Assembly (NCBI GenBank): GCA_964016885.1
Contig: OZ024751.1
Span: 10,044,001-10,108,000, forward strand
Direction: 5' to 3'
Source of the DNA: Eledone cirrhosa
Lineage: Eukaryota
DNA length: 64,000 nucleotides
Within the stretch, counting starts at the first letter, position 1. Every line of letters begins with the position of its first letter. Both the position numbers and the translations under genes were made by a program. Of the stretch, positions 12,901 to 25,884 are shown piece after piece. A model generated the notes under the pieces. The model searched no databases. It was given only the letters and a program-made list of their open reading frames with translations, and was not told the origin of the DNA.

Positions 12901-13673
12901 AAGAACTAGAGAGACACATACAACACTTCATCCACCGTATGCAGTTCTCTGGCTACAATCAGAGAGATAGAATCAGAGTGTATAGAGGAGCCAGAACCAA
13001 ATGGGAAAAAATGGTAAATAATGACATAAATGGGACCTGCCCCTTGTATAGGAGCAAATTTTGGAATAGAATAGAAAGAACTAGGAACAAGGCCAATAGA
13101 ATAAACTCATGGTATGATAGCAATAAATACCAGAGTGTAATGTTCATCAATACAACACCTAGAGGCGAACTAGCCTACAAATTTAGAAGGGCCCTAAATA
13201 AACATAAACTCAATATTAAGATAGTAGAAAGACCAGGTACCTCCGTAAAAACACTTATTAGCAAGACATACCCGTTCCAAAGACCCTCATGTATAGATAA
13301 GAAATGTATAACCTGTAAAATAAGCCCCCATATTAACTGTAAAACTAGAAATGTAGTGTATAGCATAAGATGTACTGAAGGACAATGTAGAAACAAAAAT
13401 ATAGTGTACATAGGTGAGACAGCTCGTAGTATAGGGGAACGAATAAATGAACACTGGCGAGACCTTCAAGATAATAAAGAATCATCTGTTCTCTACCAAC
13501 ATGCTAAGATAGAACACAGGGGTAGATTAGAGAACATAGAAATAAAAATAGAATCCACACACAGAAAAGATGCAATGTTTAGGCAAATTACAGAGGCAGT
13601 AAGCATAAAAGAATTACAACCAAAATTAAATAGAAAATATGAGTGGAACAGCAACATCACAACTTACAATTAA
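9984..13673 (+). CDS. PLE polyprotein (~1229 aa from first ATG): reverse transcriptase + Cys-rich linker + GIY-YIG endonuclease
   Basis: PTDKSG, LYGLRKDHK..PTRP, GSMDVVSLYPSI, QEEGAAIG, RYVDD, LPVLD, CxxxxCxxC linker, VVYSIRC..VYIGETARSIGERINEH, RQITEA..LNRKYE; no internal stop. Confidence 0.95.
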   Translation: MTLPKYNNIGFNTRFQIKNLAKQIQKRNIVSLSQANKILKTTMFCCLRKTITSRQLHFIKLCATSRIYTNPINTDVRRLQLTKKQADRLKRTLILNIKKIYRELSHQEKQKRNLIQEIAKITTPTEKLIFISLIRPEEQYITQECDKHFNRKLKWLKQAKLNQDTIEYTNRYPDKIDGINMADTSLSEEFNKKNTNIYGNTEIDNDEMSVLCLPPKFATFKKVNMISCLSEIEKSFTKLRWSIKNKSNNIRTHIYNTHPNNNRHTDTNNNKNNTHINNNNNSNIPRYNNNRHADTNNNNNTHNNDNTHGDNNNTHQQQHTSTTTTHTHSMPLTTTTILTNTQTQKTSNDSSTEIREIRESNRIKRKRRWETKDKENNQDEHTDTQNRVDDNIEPVERDWSNYERHRNNHEAVGGNRNRNNTTNNNNSTSTHKAAAWNSPFYNPSDKSFDLRRVHATTLPFNKRTQLPSQVDEQTEAQFSIAKSELRNIIEQYRKKHNRIEAQQLGEKSANGLRKLMQRSRNGEIACFPTDKSGRMSVDSLPNYIQAMQPHITNTREVTPQEHEDREKALNAHMVMWTNIMQPNKRTANNFQAWNNDVPALYGLRKDHKTGCDPVAGPPTRPFCGANIASNYRLSYFLSLIIRPIIEMSPDVCDSTEDLLSRIGASNRSGDLTNCIIGSMDVVSLYPSIDVDFAVEKCVEMISESKVEFRGIDTRELGLLLKLTHSNSYLDTYDLSNLCPTRPARVRPPTITSMAKKTHTDRWNGWTRAIRTPENHDELKKMIAHAVGASIKLTLKEHMFKFNGKTYAQEEGAAIGVSIAGDIANLFMVWWDSRLKQKLKEQLEDSLTLIMYSRYVDDINIVVKTPPLKNSQELEKNTMESIQQIANSIHQSIRVTIDYPSRHPNHRLPVLDTELWLDTINNQKQILHSHYAKPMTSKHLIHRNSAISDHTKINILIADLVRVMRNVSRMCNPEELERHIQHFIHRMQFSGYNQRDRIRVYRGARTKWEKMVNNDINGTCPLYRSKFWNRIERTRNKANRINSWYDSNKYQSVMFINTTPRGELAYKFRRALNKHKLNIKIVERPGTSVKTLISKTYPFQRPSCIDKKCITCKISPHINCKTRNVVYSIRCTEGQCRNKNIVYIGETARSIGERINEHWRDLQDNKESSVLYQHAKIEHRGRLENIEIKIESTHRKDAMFRQITEAVSIKELQPKLNRKYEWNSNITTYN

Positions 13674-13911
13674 GGACAAAATGAAAACACACACACGACA
13701 AAATGATAACACACACACACATAGAACAAACAACCAACCAACAATAAATAAATAAATAAATAAATAAACAAATAGATAAATAAATGAACACAAACACACA
13801 CAGACACCCGGATGTGGCGCATGCGCAAACTGAGCACACAACACACACACAGAAACAAAATGGCGTAGGATAGAAGAAAGGAAAGGCACATAAACAAAGA
13901 AAGGAATCCCC

Positions 13912-13956
13912 AGTCACTGAAGAGGTCACAGAGTGTGTGACGAAAGGACTATGACT
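13912..13956 (+). ncRNA. Hammerhead ribozyme family D in downstream pLTR
   Basis: Identical to 9799-9843. Confidence 0.85.
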
Positions 13957-14176
13957 ATATATAAACAACTATCTGGTTGTGGAACCAACCAACCAACCAG
14001 AAATTTATAAGTTTGTAGATTTGTAAATTTATAAATTTATAAATATATAATAAATTGAAGTGAAAGCAACTGGTGCGTGTGTTTCTTATTGGCAACATGA
14101 CCCTCCCAAAGTATAACAATATCGGTTTCAACACACGATTTCAGATAAAAAATCTTGCTAAACAAATTCAGAAACG

Positions 14177-14211
<35 letters not shown>

Positions 14212-15739
14212 TATATATATATTCAGGCACATACATATGTATATATGTATATATATATATATATGTGCGTGTGTATGTATATGTTATATATGTATGTACG
14301 GCTGTAAAGGTTTCCTCTGTGTCACTCACTTCAAGAGGAATGTTTTATATTTATGATACTCTTGCGGAAAAATAAAATATATTCATCACCATCAGAATCA
14401 TCACCATTACCATCACCACCATTATTGTTATTATTATTATTATCATTATACGTTTTCCTTTTTAGAAGCTTAAGGTCGTGTGTTCTAGAAAAATTATCGG
14501 ATTACTTTCCAAATTGGATGTTTTTCTTTGTGTGATGTTCATGAGAACAAAGAATGGTGAGAAGACTTAGGTTCCCCCTTTTTTTTTACCTTCATTTTAT
14601 GCAGAAAATGAACTTACATTTCGTAACAAATATATTTTTGACTATAGATAATTTTCAAAACCTTTTATAAACAAGGCGTCCATTGCAGTGATGGTGAAAG
14701 GAGGGCTTATGGCGTCCATTGAAGTGATGGTGGAAGGAGGGTTTATGGCGTCCATTGCAGTGATAGTGGAAAAGAAGGTTGAAAAAATAATTAACAGATT
14801 TTTGTTTAGAAATAAGTAAATGAAAGCTAATAGATGTTTGTTGTGCTAAAAATAATTTGAAATGTTTGTTTTAACTGTAATACGGTAATCACAAGAATAA
14901 CAAGAATAAGGAGAACAATTTTACTGACCTGTCAAATAAGTTGAAATCTATGAAGGGTTGTTAGCTTCAGGAGAAAAATGAGATATCTCACAAGATACCA
15001 TAACGTATTGTTCCAGAAATATATCCCGGGAATAGCAACGTGGGAAGTGACTTGACTGTTTTGATTGGGGGGGGGGGCTGGTGAGGCTTGTTTGCTTTTG
15101 TTTTTTGGTTGGTTTTGTTTTGTTTGTTTTTTGTTTTTTGATTTATGTGGTGGGGGGCTTGTTTGCTTTTGTTTTTTCTTTTCGTTCTTTCAAAATCCGA
15201 ATAGACTTTCGTATGTCCTCAAACTATCAGTTCCAGAAGGCCCTACTTAATGTTTGGCACGGTGTCTACACTATCAACCACGGACAGGACATATGAGATT
15301 TGGTCTGATCTTTAAGACCGAAGATATTGTGGTGACATGTTCAGATGTGATTCCACTCTATTATCTTGAGGAAATGCAAAAAGCTGAACAAGATCAAAAA
15401 CCTTGTGGTAGATTTTGATCCTTGGAGGGTCGCTACCCTTGTGCAAGGGACGAGCGTGGTGAGGGGGAAGGGGATGGCACGTTTAATGACATGTGGGTGA
15501 AAGAGTTCTGCATATATATGCAGGTCCTGATAAATCCTGTTGACCAAAAGATTCAATTTAACTACGATTTCTACTAACTGCAACGATTTTTTGTCAAGGC
15601 CGGAACTTGGTCTAAAGGTTTGCAATATAGTAGACTGTTAAAAGTAGCTGAGAACCAGATTGTGGTGGTAACATGAGTGATGGATAAATAGGTTTAAGGA
15701 CATCCATGGCATTAAAACCTACTCAGAGCAGAAACTAGC

Positions 15740-15791
<52 letters not shown>

Positions 15792-16409
15792 AAGGAAGAG
15801 GAGAATAATGATGTTGATGAGGATAACGACGATACAGTTGACAGATATCTGCCGTTACAAGGGAGAAGTAAAACCATTATGTGACACCTGTGAGTATGTG
15901 TGTACACGTGTGTGTGTGGGTGTGAACATGTGTATGCGAACATCTATGTGTGTGTATGCATTTCTATGTATGGTATATTTGCACATATATGTAAATGCAT
16001 TGTGTGTATATGCATGTGTTTGTGTGCACGGGTATGTATGTGAATGCACATGCATGTATATGTGTGTATGTAGACATGTATGTGTGTGTGAGAGAGAGCA
16101 TGCATGTATAAAAAGCAATATATAGAAATGTTAAATCTCTGGGACATGGTTCAATTTCACTAAAAACTGTTTTTCTAATAATAGTTTAACAGATTTGACC
16201 TTGACTTACAACATAATATTTGACCTTCACTCACTTCATAACATGCGATCTTGACCTACTACATAACATGTGACCTTGACCTTCTTTTTGTCTTTATTGT
16301 CTCCATTTCAATAACCTTTTTATATCAAAAGATCTAAACTAATATAATTCCCTGATAGTTACAATTTCTTCGGGTACAGCATTCTAAACCCTTTCTTAAT
16401 CCCCTAGAA

Positions 16410-16591
16410 CAGGCATGCCCAACTGAGGTTTCTCCGAGGGCCACATGGGTCATACACGTGTTGTCAGAGGGCCACACGCGACAACTAATTGCGTACACTA
16501 AAACTATTTTTTTAATTTTATATTACAAAAATAAAACATGCTCGTGCTGTAAAAACCTTTGTGCGACCCGCAGGTGTTCTTGACATGCCTG
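16410..16591. mobile_element. hAT (Charlie-like) MITE
   Basis: TIR CAGGCATG..CATGCCTG; degenerate 8-bp TSD CCCTAGAA/ACCTAGAG with central CTAG. Confidence 0.7.
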
Positions 16592-16822
16592 ACCTAGAGG
16601 AAATTTGTCTTATCAGTACCTGTATACGTGGTTTTAGATGTATGTATGTGTAGATATACTTTCATTGTTGAAGTGACGTCCGAACGAGTATCCTCCACCA
16701 ACTAACTTGCCCTTCGCCTCTCGCTCTCGGCCCACAGGATTTCACTTTCTCAATCTTTCCATTTCACTTAGACGCTGTTGACATTTAAAAGTTGAAGTCT
16801 TTTTATGAGGATTATTTGAGGT

Positions 16823-17262
16823 TAGGGTGGTGGATTGGCAGTATCGGTTGGGCGTCGAACCACATTCTTTGCGTCATAGAGTTAAGGCCCTTTGCGTTAT
16901 AAGTTTAAATCCCGTCTAGGCTAACTTTGCCTTTCACCCTTACTGCGTCGGTAAAATAAAGTATCAGTAACGCCCTGACTTTGATTTAATCGACTTTCCT
17001 CTTACCCGCAAAATTGTGGGCCTTGTCTCTAAATCAGAAACCATTATTCTCTATGGATTGGCGGAATCGGTAAAGTGTCGGACAACATGATTTGCGGCAC
17101 AGAGTAACGGCCATTGGCGTTATGAGTTCAAATCCCGCCGAGGTTAATATTGCCTTTCGTCATTACGGGGTTGATAAAATATAGTACCAGTAATGAATTG
17201 GGGTTGATTTCCCTTTACCTCTCTCAAAGATTGCTGGCCTTGTGCCAAAATCAGAAATCATT
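16823..17262 (+). mobile_element. Two tandem copies of the abundant tRNA-derived SINE
   Basis: TGGATTGGC..GGT A-box head, GAGTTCAAATCCCGCCGAGGTTAA B box, GCCTTTCATCCTTACGGGGTCGATAAAATAAAGTACCAG-like body. Confidence 0.8.
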
Positions 17263-17759
17263 AGGATTATTTGAGATTATTTTTCAGATATCATGAAATT
17301 CTTCTGATACAAGTATACGTTGTTATTGATATTACGTATTTTGTATATATAATCCTAAACGGACGGTAGTCCGTTTAGTAATATTGTTGCAGTCGTGTTT
17401 TCGTTGGCAATCGTCTGTTTACGACAGTACAGCGCGGCTCTACTTTATGTAACTGAGATAAAACTTATATGAGCATGAACAGTAGATCATTACGCATCTT
17501 TTGGCTTAAAAATCTAGAAATTTGGTCCAGCGGGAAAAAGTTTATAATCAAAGTTTGCTGATAAATCTTGTGTTCAAGTGAGTGAGTAGTAAGCGTGACG
17601 CTAGGGGAGGTAATTACGAGGTAATTACAAGGGGAGGTAATCTAATATATTTCAAATTGTATTTTTAACTAAATTCATTTATCATAGTCTAATATTTTAA
17701 AAATAGGTGAGTGCTCCACGATGATGACCCATGTCCCCGCCATGTGGAGGGGATGCTTA

Positions 17760-17825
17760 GGAGCCATCCAGATATCATGTGACCATTTTTAGTTCGCGGT
17801 GTCCACATGATATCTGGATGGCCCT
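17760..17825. mobile_element. 66-bp PIF/Harbinger-like MITE
   Basis: TIR GGAGCCATCCAGATATCATGTG / CACATGATATCTGGATGGCCCT flanked by TTA...TTA. Confidence 0.65.
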
Positions 17826-18311
17826 TTATACTAATTAGTCATTTATCTGCATAAAAATTATACCAGATCATTCTGATTATTGGCTTGAAATCTTTTACAA
17901 AATTAGTATGAGCAACTAAGAGGTCATCAATAGAAATAGAATTACTTTTTGAAGTTTTCATGTACAGCATTTTTGGGGATTTTAAATAAAATCATAATTC
18001 ATAATTCTTATTTTGTATACCCACATTGCAGATACAGAGAAACATGACAATCCTATATAAAGGTCGTAGACAACAGTATCAGTTTTTATCCGTAACACCA
18101 TTGAAATGCACAAGTTTCACCAATTCACTATTATGCACTAATCATCTCAAATGCATTCATGATTTACTAGCTTTGTCATTAAGCCAGTTGCCTCAACTAG
18201 ATTGCAATTAAACTCAAAAGAACTTTAAAAGGTCAATCACTTGTCAGTAATTCACTATGATCTTTTAATTATTAGATAGTTGTTGCTTGCATTGCCTTAA
18301 AAAATAGTAGA

Positions 18312-19315
18312 CCAGATAGAAAAATGCGTACAGCAAAAAAAAGTAATATTGTTGGAATATAAACCTTTAAAAATACAGGACAAGAAACTAAAATAAAACT
18401 TTAAAAGAATAGGACAAGAAACTAAGATAAAACTTTAAAGAATTGGACAAGAAATAAAAATTTTTACAATAATATTAGTGGCAAATTTTTTTTATTCGTT
18501 TCCTGTGCTATGCCCCAGTATCTTCTTGATTAGTGCATAATAATTGTCATGCTCTCATTGTGCGTTGCCCCTGAGCGGTTGGTTCTGGTTGGGGTTGGTT
18601 GGCTGAGCAGTTCTGCTCCGTCAGAATGACCAGTGCAAGAAGAATTGGCCGATGCAGCTGCAGGTCTCCTCCAAGAATGCACTTCTGGTCCCGCAACACC
18701 AGACGAAGATGGAGAAGACGACCGGGACAAGATGTCGACTCTGACCACCGACTACGGCACCTCCCTCAACCACCAGTCCTCCCTCCCTCTGTCCCGTCAT
18801 CCCTCCAGTCCTCCTGCTCCCCCTCCCTGTACCAGAAAGCTGTGGCACGCATTCATCTGGACTGCCGGACTTGAACTCAAGGACAAGATGCAAGGAGAAG
18901 ATGGACGGGTTGGTCAAGATCAAGGATGAGCGGGACGACAAGGCCGTCCGCTGCTGCTCAAGATCTGTGCTCATGGGCCCATGGGTCCATTCACATTATG
19001 CATGACACATGAGGCGTGTCGCCGAATGATGAAATAGGGGTATGGTTATGGCCCAATTGGTGTTCAAACCAGGATCAAATGATCCCCCGGTCTGACGACG
19101 ACCTCTGAATGTGGAACTCGATTTTTTACCAATAAAAATTTTGCCACTAATATTATTGTAAATTTTTTTATTTCTCGTCCAATTCTTTAAAGTTTTATCT
19201 TAGTTTCTTGTCCTATTCTTTTAAAGTTTTATTTTAGTTTCTTGTCCTGTATTTTTAAAGGTTTATATTCCAACAATATTACTTTTTTTTGCTGTACGCA
19301 TTTTTTCTATCTGGT
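18312..19315. mobile_element. ~1-kb non-autonomous DNA transposon with ~185-bp TIRs and GC-rich core
   Basis: 18312-18496 is a near-perfect reverse complement of 19131-19315. Confidence 0.8.
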
Positions 19316-20110
19316 AACATATCTGACGAAACAGGATTGAGTGGATTTAAAATTACTGAGTCTCTATTGCTGATCTGAGTTTGTTACCGATGATTAGAGG
19401 CAAACTCTGAGTAGCAACAAAGTAATAGGATAAATATTTCATAGCCTCTATTTTGTTATTGAGTACTTTTCCTCCTCTTTCTCACAACATACGTACAAAT
19501 GTGTATATGTGCCTGTCTGTTTGAATTATTGTGTATGTCTATGTGTATCTGTGTGCATCTTTGTGAGTCTGTGTGTGTCTGTGTGTCTCTCTATAAATAT
19601 GTACATTTATACGTAGATATACAAAATATATATATATATATATGTCCCAAGAGAGATATCTATACTCATATTTTTTTAATATGTGTGAGGTAGGGCATAA
19701 AAATGTAAGGTTTTTTATGCTTTAAAAATACTTATTTTTAAATATATATATATATTCAGATAGGCCATATATAATTCAGAATACTGATTTCTACTTACAA
19801 TAAGCTATTATCAAGTATAATCACAAGAGACTCTCTCGGTAAATTACTACTTAACCTTTACATATAGTTTCACTTTTTAACACAACACATCGACTGGAGC
19901 GAAGAAATGAAAAGTTGAAATTCATGTAATACACACAAATCTTACATAGTTTCTTCTTTATTACTCACTTCTTTTGAAATATAATATTTTTCTGTGGGGT
20001 AGTGTAGATGTTTATTTTATCTGAGTCATTCTTTTTCTTTTTCTTTTATTTTATTTTGTTTTGTTTTGTTTTGTTTATATTTTGTGAAGAACAGTGTCTT
20101 CTCCTGGGTG

Positions 20111-20246
<136 letters not shown>

Positions 20247-20418
20247 TGTATATATGTATATATATATATAAACAGAGAGAGAAAGACAGGGAGAGAGATA
20301 ATTATATATATATATGTATATGATTTATAAGTCTCTCTCTCTTTCACCCTCTCTCTCTCTCATTCTCTTTCACTCTCTCACTCTCTTTATCACTCTCTCT
20401 TTATCACTATATATATAT

Positions 20419-20474
<56 letters not shown>

Positions 20475-20691
20475 GTGTGTGTGTGGATGTATTATATATT
20501 AATCTGGTTCGTGTTTCATACATTTTTTTTAGAAATTTTTTCATCTTTCTTGAAAAATATTAATACTTTTTTATTCGCCGTTTTGTTGCTGTGATTCACT
20601 TTAAATACGATTATTATATGCTATTTATCTAACATGTTCTTTATATTTAAATGTACACGTGTGAGTGCATGTGTGCGTACACCTATTAGGG

Positions 20692-21353
<662 letters not shown>

Positions 21354-21409
21354 GAACAGCCTTCCTTCACCGAGTCTTATGCTTCCATTCGTAAGACATT
21401 TTATTGGTA

Positions 21410-22190
21410 GTCTCGGTAGAGCATCGGACAACATGTTTTCTGGCATATAGTTACGACCCTTTACGTTCTGAGTTCAAATCTCGCCGAGGTTAGCTTTACC
21501 TTTCATCCTTACTGGTTCGATAAAATAAAATACCAGTAATGCAGTGGGGTCGGTTTAATAGACTTCCCCCACCCCCAAAATTGTTGGCTTGTGCCAAAAT
21601 CAGAAACCATTATTATTGTGGATTGGCAGTATGGGTAGAGGGTCGGACGCGATGCTTTCTAGCATAGTTACGGCCCTTTACAGTCTGAGTTCAAATCCCG
21701 CCGAGGTTAACTTTGCCTTTCATCCTTACGGGGTCGATAAAATAAAGTACCAGTAATGCTCTGAGTAATTGCTGGCCTTGTGCCAATAGTAGAAACAATT
21801 ATTATTATTATTTAGGGCGGTGAATTGGCAGTATTGGTAGAGGGTCAGAGATGCTCTCCAGCGTAGTTACGTCCCTTTACGTTCTGAGTTCAAATCCTGC
21901 CGAGGTTAACTTTGCCTCTCATCCTTACCAAGTTGATAAATAAAGTACCAGTAACACACTGGGATCGGTTTAATTGACATTCCCCTCCCCACTTAGCCTT
22001 GTGCCTAAAGTAGAAACAATTATTTATGTGAGAGCGGTGGATTATCGGAATTGGTGGAACGTCAGACAACATATTTTGCGGCATATAGTTACTGCCCTTT
22101 ACGTTCTGACTTCAAATCCTACCGAGGTTAGGTTTACCTTTCATATTTACGGGGGTCGATAAAAGAAAGTACCAGTCATGTACTGAGGTC
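21410..22190 (+). mobile_element. Array of four head-to-tail SINE copies
   Basis: Copies at ~21410-21612, 21618-21802, 21814-22022 and 22034-22190, each with GTTCAAATC B box and the same body. Confidence 0.85.
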
Positions 22191-22265
22191 AGATCGATGT
22201 TAACCTTATTTCCACATTAATGTCCCTGTAGCAAATGTCTCTACTCTAAGGTCTCTAAATTCTGT

Positions 22266-22618
22266 CTCAAGCCATGAGGCTGGTCAAGCCATGAGGTTGG
22301 TCAAGCCATGAGGTTGGTCAAGCCATGAGGCTGGTCAAGCCATGAGGGAGGTTGGTCAAGCCATGAGGCTGGTCAAACCATAAGGCTGGTCAAGCCATAA
22401 GGCTGGTCAAGCCATAAGGCTGGTCAAGCCATAAGGTTGGTCAAGCCATGAGGCTGGTCAAACCATAAGGTTGGTCAAGCCATGAGGTTGGTCAAACCAT
22501 AAGGCTGGTCAAGCCATAAGGCTGGTCAAGCCATGAGGCTGGTCATGCCATAAGGCTGGTCAAGCCATGAGGCTGGTCAAGCCATGCGGCTGGTCAAGCC
22601 ATGAGGCTGGTCAAGCCG
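22266..22618. repeat. 17-bp minisatellite (TCAAGCCATGAGGCTGG)n
   Basis: About 20 tandem units visible. Confidence 0.95.
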
Positions 22619-23376
22619 GTGCTTCTCCCAGTTTCCGTGGCGTGAACCGACTGAGAGTTCAAGACTCCCCCTTGGACAGCACGCCAGTCCATCTCAGATG
22701 TACCAAATGTAGAAACAATTATTTATCTACAGGCGGAAGATTAGCAGAATCAGTAAAGCTTCTTATTCTTGTTCGCCTACTTATTCCTGAGAGTGTCGTG
22801 TGGGCAGAGTCCTCAAACACTCCTTCCAGTGGGTCTCGTCAGAAGCATCTGTCTTCAACTGATCCGACTGCATCCCCAAGGGTGACCAACTAAGCTCATG
22901 GATGTTGTCCAAACATCTTGCTCGGTAGAACGTTCGACAAAATGCTTTGTGGTGTTTAGTTACGACTTTATCCGTTTTAAGAAGTCACGTACAGAGGCTG
23001 ATGTAATTGACAATGTGTGTGCAGTGTATGTGTGTGTGTGCGCATGTGTGTTTGTGAGCGTGTTAGTCAGCGCGTGTGTGTGAGCATGTGTGTGAGCACG
23101 TGTGCACATGAATGTGCGTGTATATGTGTGAGTGAGCGTGTGAGCATGTGTGTTAGGGAATGTGTGTATGAGAGAGAGCGTGTGAGCGTGTGAGCGCGTG
23201 TGTCAGTGATAGAGAGCGTGTTCGCGTGTGTGTGTGTGTGTGTGTGAGTGTGAGTGTGTGTGAGTGAGAGAGCGCGTGTGTGTGAGTGTGAGTGTGTGTG
23301 AGTGTGTGTGTGTGTGAGAGAGAGAAAGAGAGCGTGTGTGTGTGAGTGTTTGCGTGAGTGTGAGTGTGTGTGTGAA

Positions 23377-23408
<32 letters not shown>

Positions 23409-23439
23409 CGTGAGTGTGTGAGTGTTTGCATGAGTGTGA

Positions 23440-23498
<59 letters not shown>

Positions 23499-25201
23499 TG
23501 TGTGTGTGTTTGAACAATTAATAGAATCTGCTTCTCAGGACAGACCAAACACGAATGTAAAGAAAATAGAGAAATAAGACAGGAAACTTGAATGGCGAAG
23601 TTGCTGTGAAAGGATGTGGTGGTGTGGCGGTGGGATGGTGGTGATGGTTGTGGTTGCGATGGTGGTGGTGGTGAGTGTGATGGTTGTGGTTGTGATTGTG
23701 ATGGAGGTGGTGGTTTTGATGGTAGTGATAGTGGTGATGGTGGAGGTTGTGGTGGTGGTGGTTATGGTGGTGATTGTGATGGTGGTGATTGTGATAGTGG
23801 TCGTTGCGGTGGTGGTGGTGGTGGTGGTGGTGATGGTTGTGGTAGTGGTGGTTGTGATGGTTGTGGTAGTGGTGGTGGTGGTGGTGGTTGTGATGGTGAT
23901 GGTGGTGATAGTGGTGGTGGTGTGGTCCTGCTGGTGGTGGTGGTGGTGGTGGTGGTGGTACGGTCGTGCTGGTGGGTGGTGGAGGATGCTGGTGGTGGCG
24001 GTGGTACGGTTGACGTCATCGTCGCGGTACGGTGGTGGATGGTGGTGGTGCTGGTGGTGCTGGTGGATGTAGTGGTGGTATAGTGATGGTGGTGTGGTCG
24101 TGATGATGGTGGTGGTGCTGGTGGATGTAGTGGTGGTATAGAGATGGTGGTGTGGTCGTGATGGTGATGGTGGTAAGATTATGATAGCCGATGGTGATAG
24201 AGGTCATGGTGATGATGGTCGTCATGGTAATGATGGTGGCGTTGGTAGTAGTACGCAGGTATGTCGTAGGGCGTGGTTGGCTGAGCAAATGCTTTAGAGT
24301 ACACATGAATGAAAAAAGAAAAGCGTAGAATAAAAGCGAAAGTAATTAGAATATGACAGTTGAATAGAGGCAATGATATAACAACAGCAGAATCCATCGG
24401 TTGCTGCTGGTAAACCTTGCCACGAGAATCTATAGGATTCCCAACCATTTCTCACATAAAACCATTATCATACATTTCTCTGTGTATTATATTCTGTATA
24501 TGTTGTTGGTGTTTGGTTGTTTTTATTATTATTATTGATGTTAGAGTTATTGTTATTATTGTTGTTGTTATTTGTCATGAAAGTGTGACAATATTGATTG
24601 TCAGAATTGCTAACAAGAATGATTTGCTTTGTTGTTTACAAGATACGAGTATATATGTATATATATATATATATAGTTAAAAGAATAGAGGTGTAACACA
24701 CAAGTTATTATATATTGGTAAACGGAATAGAAAATGCTGACAAATTGTTCACAGTTGAAAAATGGTTTAATTAGGAATAAAAGAGTATTAGTGATTGTAT
24801 GGGTTAGTATTCAGTTGTGGTTTTAAGTTTTTAAGTTTTTACCGGTTGCGCATTTCTAAATGCTTTTCAAAAATAATTTTGAGATAGAGTGTCCGTGCTG
24901 TTTCCTCTGATCTGATTAGTTTTGGGAATTCTACCTGTTTTTATGTTAAAAAAAGTGGCTCCAGCGTTATTTTTCTGTTGCAAAAATGCTTGTGGTCAAA
25001 ACAATTTTGATTGGTCGGTAGAGGTCATGTGAATGTAAAAAATTGATTTTGCGCCAAGACTGTTTTTATGTTAAAAAAGTGGCTCCAGCAAAAATTCTAG
25101 GTCAAAACAATTTTGATTGGTCGGTAGAGGTCATGTGGATAAAAAATTGGTTTTGCGCCAAGATTGAGAAATGACTCTTTCACAACAAATATGTGTGTGT
25201 A

Positions 25202-25240
<39 letters not shown>

Positions 25241-25311
25241 AGTAGTAGTAGTGAGGTGTTCGATGCTGCGACAATAGCCAGCAGCGATGTGTGTCAAATG
25301 GCTATTAAGAT

Positions 25312-25374
<63 letters not shown>

Positions 25375-25884
25375 GCAGAGTAATTCGATGGTCAGTAAGA
25401 ATGTGTCTGAAAGCAATGGGGGGTATTTTAGCATGTCAAAAGATATTTTTCAGCTTTTGTCTTATACGGAGAAGTGCGTGTGTGTGTGTGTGTGTGTATA
25501 AGTCTCTTTGTATGTTGATGTACGCGTGTGTATGTGTTTGTGTATATATGTGTGTGTAGGGGGGGACCAGTATTTTTTTCCCCCTGGTAAAATGGTGTAC
25601 ATTATTCGATTTTTTCAGTAAAATCGGTTCTCTTAATAGAACATCAAAAATCTTAACAATAAAAGGTATGAAATGATATTCACTATATATATATACACAT
25701 ACATATATTCACTACATATATATATATATATATATACATATATACATACATATATATGCACATATATTTTTTGGTATTGCACCATAGAGCATTTGTGTTT
25801 ACGTGTGTCATTGTGTTTATATGTGGGTAGAGATGTGTGCTGATGTAGGTACGTATGTTGACGTGTGTATGTTGTGGGTTCGTC

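Larger units (their letters stand above)
8570..14180 (+). mobile_element. Full-length Penelope-like retroelement: inverted pLTR + partial tandem + ORF + pLTR + tail, inserted in (TA)n
   Basis: 8570-8967 is an inverted pLTR copy; ~8968-10068 directly repeats ~13110-14180; intact RT/GIY-YIG ORF between; (TA)n on both sides. Confidence 0.95.

Noticed and set aside
22266-22618. CRISPR-like regular repeats
   Set aside because: No unique spacers, no cas genes, eukaryotic context; plain 17-bp minisatellite
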